Assembly (NCBI GenBank): GCA_015680685.1
Contig: MNCI01000918.1
Coordinates: 85,042 to 149,041 of the forward strand
DNA: 64,000 nt
From: Gnetum montanum
Taxonomy: Eukaryota > Plantae > Gnetophyta
Direction of reading: 5' to 3'
Position numbers and translations under genes: made by a program. The first letter of the stretch is position 1. Each line of letters opens with the position of its first letter. The notes below the pieces were generated by a model, which saw nothing but the letters and a program-made list of their open reading frames with translations, had not been told where the DNA came from and did no database searches. Shown piece after piece: positions 29,901 to 41,900 of the stretch.

Positions 29901-32900
29901 CAAGTGCTTACAATTGGGGAGGTAGGTCAACATGCCGAGCTTTTTTCTGGCATTGTTGCCACGATGTTGGCCAAGGCGACACTTGAGTCTGATTCTAGCC
30001 TTGTGGAGGGTGGCTAGGCTGATGCCCATGACACGAGGTGTAACTATAACTTGCCACTCCATCTATAGCAAATGAAGGTAGTCAAAGTCGATTGTGGCAA
30101 ATGGGTTTCAGCCAAGTAGTGCTAGACTCACGTTGGATGATCAGGAGACAATGCCTGCACCAAAGGCAACTATGCAGGACAAAGGTTCATTAGCCATGCA
30201 ACCACGAATCGATGCGGCTAGGGAGGAGGTCGTGCTCAGGGCATGAGATGAGGGGCGTAGCATATGGAAAGCAAAGTGGGTTGCTAAGGAGGAAGCATTT
30301 TAACGGCATCTAGTTGGGTGGCAGCTCCAACACCAGGAAACAATGGATGAGCTTTGACGATAGTGGGCTACTAAGAATGTTGCAACTAGGGCGATGTTGG
30401 AAGACCAACTCTGCATAGAGATAAAGGGGGGGGGTGTTTCTCCCTTCTCCCCTGCCTCTTGTCATGATTGTACATATTTTGTTGATAATATATTCCCAAA
30501 ATTTACTCAAAAAAAAAGAACAAGGAAAAAATAATCATACTAGAAATTCATTATTTGTTGCAATTGATTTCTCAAGAATTGAAAAAAGAATAAATAGCAT
30601 TAGACTTAACAGATAGTTGAGTTGTAATAGCTGAAATTTAGTTTTAAGCAATACAAATTTTTATTTTAAAGAAATTGACAAAAAGAATTGAGTTTCAAAG
30701 GTACAACAGCTAGCTTTAGAAAAGGTATAATCATATTTTAAAAAAGGACCAAACAAGACAAAAGATAAATCAAATAAGAAACTAGTTGAAATAAGAAGAG
30801 GCAAAAAAAGGTTAATGAAAACATAAAAGAAAGCCTAATGATCTTTCAAGCATAATTAAACTTGCAACTTCTTAGATATAGGACATCAAGCCTGTAAATA
30901 GAGTCATATTATCATTAGTAATAAACATTGAAAATACTAAGTAACATTTAAAAATTATTACTAAGTACTAATAAATAAAAAGAGAGATGATGGAGCTGTT
31001 TATCCAGGGTTGATCTCCTTTGACCCGTTTGTTGCCATGTCATTTTTGGCTGCCCATTTATAACTGCCATTACTCATGTAGAAAAAACTATAGTCTTCAA
31101 AAATTTTGAAATCTGCGTACAAAGAAAAATCGGTAGAAAATATTTTTAAACAATTGAGGAAGAAATCTTGTGAAAAGAATTTGGCAGCAATAATGTTAAA
31201 AGAAAGTGTAAAAGCCTCTGGTTAAGAAAAATCTAGTCCTTAAAAAAAATTTGAGATCTATAGGAGTGAGCCATAAGGCCCTTGAAAAGAAATAAGAAAA
31301 ATGCAGGTCTTAAAAAATTCTGAGATTTGTAACAATAAGGCTTGAAGAATAATCCAGTACTGAAGAAATTCTGAGATCTGTAAGAGTAAGGCTTAAGGCT
31401 TTTGAAACGAAATCAGAAAAATTCAGTCCTTAAAAAATTCTGAGATTTGTAACAACAAGGCTTGAGGAAAATTATGGCAATGAAAAAAAAGAATTGAACC
31501 CATAACGTGAACTTGGAATTATCTGACTTTACCACCTAGCCCGCATATCAACATTTACAAAATAGATTCTAAAAAATATAAATTTAAATGATTATTATCG
31601 TCTCACCATTGCCTAAGCAATACTGCTCCAGCAATGGTGGGATCATAAATGTTTCCAAAACAGTGAAGGCAGTCAGAAGAGATCTGACACCATTTAATCT
31701 TCCCCATGAAATGATTAAAGTAAACAAGATTTTGAAAAAGATTTCTAGATTGCCTAATTTTTGTTAAAATACACCACAAAGCCAAGTGGGTAAAATAGCA
31801 TTAATCTCAATTAACATCATTAGTGTGAATTCTGGTTTCAAGAGGTTGTCTAATTTTTCTATCTTCAAAGTTTGGATGTGTTTAATCACGTTCAAACCAT
31901 ATGGATCTATTGGAACAGTTTGATTTCAAAAATTCTTGCATAATACTTGTATATCTCAGCATTCAAGAACCAAGAGAGTCTCACCTGAAAGCTTTGATAC
32001 ATGTATTAACATGTCCCCTCAAAACAGTTAATTCAAAATCTTTTAAATAACTTTGTTTTTCAATGCTAAGGCCATTATTTCTCCTCTCTTATTAAACATT
32101 ACGGAAGTTCGTTTTTAATTCCTTCCTTCCTTGGGAATCTAGTATATGATCATGACATTAGATAAGCTTCATAAGTTTCAGTACGCAAAATCAAATATTG
32201 GTACCATGGACATCATTACTCTACCAATCATAGAGATACCATGGGCATCATTCCTCCACCAATCAACCATATGATCTTAGGTCACTTTCAAACCAAAACA
32301 TTGAATACTACATCTAAATAATAGTGTTTTTCTTAAATAATTTGAACATCATAATCACATTTTACACATTCATCAAATTTCCACCTTGAATTTCACCAAA
32401 ACATTCCATTAGCATTCAACATTTCCTATAAAAATATAAATTTTAATATATATCAAAAAAAAAGATAGCATAACTTTACCCTATATGTGAGAATAATGTT
32501 TATCAAATTATAATAATCCAATAAAAAGCTGAAATAATTCCAAACTCATAGCATATCAATATCCCCTACTTTTCATTTTTAAAAATTGTATTAAACTTTC
32601 CAACAATTAGGATTGGATTTTTAAAACGATTTTTCTTTTTCTTTTTTGAGAAAATATCAAGATAAATTAAATCAAAGAAAGAATTATGTACAGCGGGATG
32701 AAGCCCAAGCCAAAACCTGCTCAGCTTCAATCAAAACTGAAAAACAAAAAAAAAAACAAACATCCCTAGACCTCCTGCCACAACCCCAAAAATCCTCTAC
32801 CAAGGCCGCAGTGAAACACCTAGACCCCTTCCTAGAACCATGCATTAATTACAAGAAACCAACCACAAAAAACCACCACCAGGGCCAAACAAGACCCACA

Positions 32901-35900
32901 TGCAACCCAAACACCCACCCGACCCACATCCCAAACATTACTCCTTTGGCGCTCTTGCTGGATCTGGCCCTAAGAATCATCCACCTCCCTATCCACCTGC
33001 AATGTTTGCAGTGGCACCCCCTGATCCTCCTGTGTCGCGAAACTCTCCTACCTTTTCCTGTGTGCCTTCATCATCTACGTTAATTTCACGTTGTGCCTCT
33101 CCAACAGGTCCTCCACCTGCTGCATGTCCCAAACCCATTGAAGATCCTCCTCCCTTGTATCTCCGCATGCATCATCTTCCATTGAGATTCCCACATCGTC
33201 CTCTCCTCGATCCATACCTGCTCCACCGCAAGCCAGCAAGCCTTGTCAATTCGCTCCTGAAGCCTTGCAAAATGCATATATCGTTGCCACTCAACCTCTT
33301 GTGAGGGCCTTAACCTCTCATCTTGCCCAAAACCACTGGTCGCTACTCCCCCATCTACCATCTCCCATTTCTCCGTTGTGAGCAGTTGAGGCCCAAACGC
33401 AATCCACCTGTGCCGCCTCTAATACACCCACTGAGGTTCCGACCTCAGTTGCCTAGGAACTTCTGTAAACCCCGCACTCCAGAGCGCCACGATCACCCCT
33501 AAATGACGCCTAGGCCACTTTTGTTTCAAGGAATCCAGAAAAAACCAAGGCATGTTAATCCTGATTCCATGCTTCAAGCACCTCAAGAAAGCAAAATGAA
33601 CACCCACAAGCTTGCAAGGGCAGCCAAACTGCACAAAATACCGGTCAATTAACACTATCATGTTCTACCACACCACAACCATCACCGCCTTACAAATGTG
33701 CCTGCTAGCCGTCTGCAGAACTGTGCCTCGAAAAAATTTAGCAGCATACATTTGAGTGTGGAGCACCAGGACAATAAGCTTTCCCTCTGCTAGCACACCC
33801 AACACCTCCTCCAGCGTCATCTCTATCACCCTAATCCGGCTGCCTCTAAAACTGGTTTCCTCCCCAACCCAGTAATTGAAGAAGCTCTCCATAGGCAGCC
33901 CAGGCTCACCTTCAATGCGTTGAAGCATGTCAACCCAACCCACCCTCTCAATCATCTCCAAAAGCTCAATGTTCCCCACAAATTCCGTAACGGCCAACTC
34001 CAAAATCAACCCCTACCCCATACTGTGTACCACTTCAGGCCACAGATGAAGCCCAACTCTGGCAACAGAAATTGGTGCAAGCAGCCTTTGCTCACGGAAA
34101 AGCAAATGATTCCTACTCTTCCATCCCATCCACAACACAACCAGCGCTTTAAAGTCTCCGCTAATTTTTATTGGAGGCAAAAGTCCTACCGCCCTCCAAA
34201 CTTCCTTCATAAACTTGCAACAATACATAAAATGTTCGAGTGGCTTGGTTTCAGCAAAACAAAGGGGGCAAATGGTATTCATATTTATCCCTGAACTCTT
34301 AAGAGTTCCCGCACCAACAATGCTTTATGCATGATAAGCCATCCGAAAGCCTTAAGCTTCTCAGGTAGCCTCCGCTGCCAAACATCATTCCACCCCATCG
34401 CCAATGGGTGCATGTTCTTAATCACCTCTGAAGGATGTTTACCCAGCAACGCCTTTGCCTCCATCTCCATAACATGTTTGCAAATATTTTTCCGCAACTG
34501 TGATCTCCTAGCGTTAGCCTCCTACCTGCGGTACTTCTGCTGCAACAACCTCACCCATGAGGCCTGCCCATCCCTCTAATCCATAAACCTGTTAACCAAA
34601 TATTGCATCCCCAACTTAACCTCATCTTGGAAGGACAACAGCCCAATTCCCCCAACCGTTCTCGATTGTGCCATTAGCTCCCAACACACCAAGTGGAGCT
34701 TCTTCCCCCCTTTGCTGCCAGACCATACAAATTGTTGAAAGATCTGGTCAATCTTTTGAATGACCCCAACCAACAAGACAATCATGGAAGCCGCAAACCT
34801 AGCTATAGCCAAAAGCACAATCAAAGCTAGCAGCATCTTCCTTTTTTGAGATAGAAACCTATTGGTCCAATGAGTCATCTTTGCATGCAATCTCTCCACC
34901 AACCCCGACCATGCTCTCTTAAGTTGCTAGTCAAAAATCGGCATCCCCAAATATGAGTCTTGCAACTAACCTGGCAAGATTCCCAGTAGCTGCACAATCC
35001 TTTCCCCCACCAAGATCGTGGTATTGATCAAACGTACAGTAGACTTTCCCCTGCTGATTTCAAGACCCAACGCCAATTCCATCTTTTCCAAGGCTTTCTT
35101 AAGTGCCTCAACCTAAGGAACAATCGCCCAAGAAAAAAGAATCATATCATCAGCATAATGGACAGCAAGGCAATGGACCCCAGTGACGTTCAGCCCCTGC
35201 ATTCCCTCAGTAATACAGTAACTCTACAGCAAATCCATAACTAAGATAAAAAGTAAAGGTGATAGCGGATCTCCCTATCATAGCCCTCTCTCCGACGCCT
35301 AGAAACCCCACAACCTCCTGTCAATGTCAAACGAATATCGATTGGAGCTTTGCATCTAAATGCAAAGATTGACAAACTCAAGATCAAAACCTTTAAGGAA
35401 CATGATCTCTCTCAACGCAACCCAGCTCATCGTGTCATAGGCCTTGGTGATGTCTAATACACATTCGATTCAACCCCCACATGGGACTATCCGCAAATCC
35501 CAATCCTCCCACTATAGCAACTTCAATTCAACCACCTATAGCTTCGTCTCCTACAAACACACCACATTGCAACCCTCGTTCCGAACCATCATTTTCAAGG
35601 TATTTCGCTTGTACGGGGTATCATGTCCCCTACAATTCTAAGAAAGAATCTTCATGGGGAAACAAACATTCATTTGTGGTACACCTCCTTCAAGGACATG
35701 TGCACTCCCAAGTTGATATCTAACTGTGTCAATTTCTTCCTCACCGCCAATGCATCCGGCCGACCAACATTACTCCCCATTGGGGGATTCATGGCCACCC
35801 CCGGCACCGATTCGGCACCCCCAAGTTTGGATGCAACAATATCCCTAAGCCTCAAACAAAAGGATCCTTGACCCAAAGTAATCCAATCTTACCTAACAAA

Positions 35901-38900
35901 GTGCAAGGGGACTATGTGGCAGGAGCATCCCCCACCACCCCAGCAACCTCCACAGGCATGTCCCCTCCAACCTTTAGCAACTCTGATGCTCCTACACCCA
36001 GATCCCGAAATAGTGACAACTCCCTAGCCTTCGTAACTGGTCCTAGCTCTCCTCCTCCACAAGTTGGCACCACGGGAACGGCCTTATTACCCCCAAGCGA
36101 CGACGCCTTTATCATGTAGCCCTTCCTTCTAACAAGGTTCCACCACCCTATGATTGGTGCAGCAGTCCCTTCAGCCTGACTATTTTAATTGAAAAATCAT
36201 CCCAAGATTTTTTATAATAATGATGAGGAAACATAAATTCTAATTAAAAAACATATTCCATATTGAAATTTTCACAAAAATGCTACTAACATTCCTCCAA
36301 ACAAGAAACAATATTCTTATTCTTCTCTAACTAATAACCAAAAGCCTCCCTCCCTAACATCTTTCAACCTCCACTATTATTGAAACTTGTCTAATTTGCA
36401 GATCTGATCAGTAGTGGCAAAGGGTTTCTCATCAGTTCTTCTGCGGAAAGTTTTCAAATTGTGATTTGAATATAAAATGAACTAATGAAACGAAGGCCTG
36501 CTCAAATGGAATGTTCATAAACAATGAGTTTAGTGAAACCTTGCAATTTCAAGGTTCTTTACAAACTGATTTTTTTTTTCGGCGTAATAAGATTTATTAC
36601 TGCAGCAAATGGATACAGTACAGAGACCAGATTTATCACAAAGAGCACAATTATGAAAATAATCATGATATTCCAGAGAGAAAAGTTATCTGTTGTGATG
36701 ATGCTCTTTATCATTAAATGAGAAAGCTATATGAAAACCTAAGAGAAGCAGATATCTGTTGTGATATTCCAGAGAAAGAAAAGTTATCTGTTGTGATGAT
36801 GCTCTTTATCATTAAATGAGAAAGCTATATGAAAACCTAAGAGAAGCAGATATGGTTGGATACTCTTATTATATAAACTTTTGAAAATGACAAAGCCTTT
36901 GAATTCTATTCCCCAACATAACTGAGAAGAGCTTCAAAGCTCTAAATGATGCATAGGAAGAATTTAGAATAAAGTAAATTTTTATAACAAAAATTTATAA
37001 ATATCTACTGAAATTTCAACCAATGGAAGCTTATCAAGGATTTGCATTAGCATCAAATATGGAAAATCAAAAATTGGGTTAACAATGTTTCAAAAAATTT
37101 ATAATCTAAAAAAAAACACCTGAATGCCAATGCGGGAAGAAAATTTCACAAGCTCTTCCTCGGTGAGTTTTTCTGAAGCACTCTTTGTGCGTGCTGTCTT
37201 TGAAACACTTCTAACTATATCTCCTGCTCTGTGACGCGCTGATAATCCTTCCTCAAAATGCATCTGACCAAACATTCGATCGATAAATTTTAACAAAATC
37301 CTCAAACCTCAGGAAATATTGTATTTACAAATAATTCTATCACAAGGCATTAAGATATCCAACATAGCAATCAAAAATTGGAAATGCATATACAAAGATC
37401 ATGTGGGAAACTTTTTCTAGGGAAATTCTGCAACATCAAATAACCGAGAACTCCTTTACTGCATTCTACTCTTCCAAAAAATCACTCCTATAACAAGGCA
37501 CTCACACTATCATTATTGAACTTAATATGATATCTTCAACCTTTTCCCTTGTTTAGTAAAAATCAATTCATTACAGATGGTAATTCATTTCTAAAAATGT
37601 TGTTCACATGCTTTCTCCTTACGAAAAGAGATAATACTTCACGATTCAATATGTTGGAAGTAATAAACAGAGAGATTGTATTGCAAAATTCAGCACACCA
37701 TTGGTGCTGATTCTATTCCCTGAATTCAAACACAAAGAACATTCCATGTATCCGATTTACATATAAAACGATAAATCACATAGCTTCATCCCATGACTAC
37801 TAACGCGTACAACAAAATGTTAGTGTAACTAATTATGCTTCTACATCACCAAAAACAAAGACTAAAAATTAGGAAAACAAATTTTGTAAGCTACTTGAAA
37901 AAGTTGGAAAACTGAAAAAATGGGCAGAAGTAAAGAAAAATCGTTAGAAAACATTAACACTATCCAAAACAAAAACATTGAAAACTTTTTAAAAGATTCG
38001 ACAGTAAATTATAGGAAGTACAAAATAAAAACCAAACCCAAAATTAAGTAGACAGGATGGGTATGAATTCCTTCATCTCTCCACTACCAACATTCCAACA
38101 CATGTTCAGCATGTCATTGATACAATTTTATGATGTTTCGTAATATGAAAACCTGTAGTATCTATAATCCTATGATGGCTACGACTCAAAGCAATAGAAG
38201 CAAGCACATAGACTATATCAAATGTAGCAAGTCAGATGACCAATGAATTTGCTTTAAAACAGGGAAATTTTTGACAAATGAAGGTTCTATGTCCAGGGTC
38301 TACTTAACAAGCATTTCCAAAAGATAAAGTTGAATGCGTAGAATCAAACCTGAGAATGACAAACTGTATCTAACTTTGAAGTAACTAAAGCTCTTATGAA
38401 GATGAAGAATGTTAAAACAACAGGAATGATAAAGAAATCACTTGGTTGACAAATTTATTCAACAAGATTCAAGAGGAGGGAAAAATGTTGCATGATTAAA
38501 GGAGAAGCACTATAATACCTATCTACAAGAACAAGGAAGACATGCAAAGCTATGGAAATTATAGAGGAATTATGTTTTTTTTTTTTTTTTGAGGAAATAG
38601 TCGAGAATGTATTACTGAAAAATATAGTACAAGAGATTACAAGTATCGGGNGGTGCGCCAACAGCGACCCCTGCAGGTTAAAAGCAATGACCCTGCTAGG
38701 GGTTCGTCAGCAGCCGACGACAGGCACAATGTGGGCGTTCCAGCTCATGCAAAATATTCAGTGTGTTTCAATGGAGCTCCGTGTCGACAAAACTAGCAGC
38801 CTGCTGGATCCTTGCATGGCCGACTCCCGTCTGTTCCGATCCGCCACTAACGTCCCCACATCCGGATGGAAGCACGCCGAGGTCCGACGGATATGTCGTC

Positions 38901-41900
38901 TGAGCTCTCCCCAAGAGTTGTTGCAGTTGATGCCCAAGATGAGGTATGGGCACCGTCCACTTCTAAGCCATTGTCGAGCACTGTGTTCGTGAGCCCGGTC
39001 CAACTGGCTCTGCCGCTGGGCCTCCTCCTCCTAGTCTCCTTCCAACTGCTCCTGTTCCGCCTCCTCCCACTCCCTTTGGGCATTTTCCTCCTGCATCAAT
39101 TCTTTCCACACTTGGACCAAGATCTCATCCTCCAGCTAGACCCGGGCTGCATCGGCCAGGAGGGTTTGTTGCCTCACCCACTCCTGCTCCCTCTCCCTAA
39201 ACTAGGCCTCCAACTCAGCCTATGCCTACGCAAGGGATTCCTGCCATTTTGTCTCCCATTCCTGCCGCTCAGCCTCACACGCCGCACTTGCGGCCTGCTA
39301 TGCGGCTTGCTACAACTCCTCGTCCCGAGTTGCGCTGCGTTCAGAGGTCTCAGGCAAAAATGAGTCCGATGTCGTGGGACTGGTTGGGGGGCACCATCCA
39401 TGCTAGCTCCGTCATTTCCGTGTGTAGGTCATTGTCAGCGGGGTCCATAGGGGTTCCCGGTTGGCCGAGGATGAGGGGCCAAGCGAGGGGGCACCCCGTG
39501 GGGGGGGTTTGCCCCCCCTCTGCCCCCCGCCAAAGGGCCAGGATGAGCCCCGAATGATGGCCCTGTCTCTGAAGTTGTAGGGCCGCTACAAAAAATCACG
39601 GTAGGTTAACCTGGCGCCCCAACTTCAAGCAACGGAGGAAGGTAAAGTGGATGCCCTGTAGCTTGGAGCCGTTGCCAGACTGGACAAAAAATCGGTCCAC
39701 CAGATCTGCTGCTCAGGCCCAGATTCGGGGCAAGGAGGATCTAGGCACTTGCCTGCTTTGCATGCGTGGCACTGGCCCATCGAAGAACAATTCCGCATCC
39801 TACAACCCTCCAATGGAAGGAAAAATGACCTCGCCAACGGCCTGGGCCCCCAGACACCTAGCAATCAAGGACTCCGTGATGGTAACCTCTCTTCCCTGAA
39901 AGTAGGTCTGATCATCGCGCCAATTCGAGAAAAACGCGTCATCTACAAGATCTGGGTCGCCTGTCAACCGCTGCAAGGGGCCATCCCAACGGCACTATTC
40001 CACCAATTCCTAGAGTTCTTCCTCCTCCTAGAACGTAGCGCAGTCAGGCTCAAAGGTCGACATGACTCCCATTGTTGCCTCGATCTTGTTTCACACACGA
40101 AGAGCTTGGGAAGCCACCAGCAGGGGCGGGGGCAGCCTGATTTACTGGAAAACAGCACGGTTTCTTGTCTTCCACGCTACCCATAAAAGTAGCGTGGCCC
40201 GAGAGTCGCCGGTGAGGCGCATCGAGGGGGTCGCCTCAATTGTCTGCCACGTGGTGCACATGTAAATGGTGTTGAACTGTTTCTGGCGCAGCGCCACACA
40301 GGGGGCAAGTGTCGTCCACAGGAAGGCTGCATCTACGCAGAAGCATGTGAATTGGCAACACATCATTTCGTAGTAACCACAGGAACATTTTGATCTTCTT
40401 GGGGAGCCGCCCCATCCAAATCTATTGCCAGCTTGACAATTGCGGGTATTTGGCCGCCATTAGTCGACGCGGCTCGAAGCCCAACCACCCCTGTGCCTAC
40501 ATCACACGTGCGTGGCGGCAGAGCATCTGCCAGGGCCTCAAATCCTGCACCCCCGCCTCCCAACGACGATATTTCGCATTCATAACACGAATCCACTGGA
40601 CCAGTTCCCCATTCGGGCACGTGAAATGGAGCAGCAAGCGTTGTTGTCCCAACATCAGCTCATCCGTGAACGACGAGATGCCCAGCCCCCCCCCCCCGGC
40701 CCCCTGCGTTATGAGGGCACGTGACCCATTCCCAGGAAACGAGGTGTAGTTTGCCCCCCCCCCCCCATTGCCCCCCGTCCAAAGGAAACGCCTGATCTAC
40801 ATGTTGATCTTGTTAATGATGTTGTTCGGAGGGGTGGCAACTGCTGCCACAAACCGAGTAATCGCCATGAGAATCCCAGATGCCACAACCAATCGCCCTT
40901 CCGAGTCAGAAAACGGTTTGGCCGGTGACCCATCCTTCGTTCAACTTTCTCCAACAATGTCCCCCAAGACATGCTCCACCCCCACTGGAAGAGTGGGATA
41001 CCCAGGTAAGAGTCTGTGATCCTTCCAAGCAGGATGTTCAGGACTTGCACGACCCAATTTTTTATTTGTGGATCCACATTAATAAAATGAGCTAAGGATT
41101 TGGCCCTGTTAATCTCTAGTCCCAACTCATCCACCAATCGGGAAAGGGCAATGTTGATGCACCGTGCTTGTGGGACCCCCACCCAACTAAGCAACATTGT
41201 GTCATCCGTATAGTGCTCCGCCTGACATTCCACCCCCGCGATGTCTAATCCGTCAACCCCCAACGTTCTACAATAAAGTTGCATCAAGTCCATAGCGATA
41301 ATGAACAACAGGGGCGAAAGTGGGTCCCCCTGCCGTAACCCCCTCCCAGGTGAGGAGAGCCCCCCCACGTCAAAGGAGAAGCCAACGGATGACTGGATGT
41401 GGATGCAAAGCTGGATAAACCCCTGGTCAAAACCTTTTCGCTGCATTATAGTAGCCAAGGCTTCCCAGCTAAGTGTGTCGTACGCCTTGGTAATATCGAG
41501 CTTGAGACAAAGCCCAAGAAAACCCGTAGTCAGAAGCAAGTGGAACACGACCCTTATGAGGATAACCTGGTCCTGCAGGGCTCGACCTTGCACAAACCCT
41601 GCTTGATTAACTCCTACCAGCTTGGGCATGAGAGGCACCAACCTATGCACAATCAATTTGGACAAGACCCGAATCAAAACGTTGCAGACCCCGATAGGAC
41701 GGAAGTGTTCTAGGCGGTGTGCCTCTGTTTGTTTTGGGATGCACACAATTCGAGAGCAGTTGATCTCCCTTCGAACCTGCCTCTTAGCCAGCATAAGGTT
41801 GAAGGCGTCCAGGATATTGGGTCCCACAATATCCAGGAAGGTCCAGAAGAACTTGAGACTCCAACCGTCCAAGCCAGGCACCTTCCCTCCTAGCATGCCG

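Noticed and set aside
17285-30525. aaaagaagaagg / aaaagaacaagg as a TSD around an A+B dimer
   Set aside because: Low-complexity match overlapping the poly(A); too weak to claim.
31210-31470. CRISPR-like array
   Set aside because: Eukaryotic context, degenerate repeats, spacers also repeated, no cas genes.
38730-39003. J-domain as an independent nested host gene or retrocopy
   Set aside because: It is in frame with the LINE coiled coil, lies inside the TSD and poly(A) boundaries, and recurs at the same position in copy F.
38866-39363. 165-aa Leu-rich ORF that looks like a membrane protein (also 44255-44593)
   Set aside because: It is the antisense reading of the LINE's Glu/Gln-rich coiled coil or CAG-rich 5' region.
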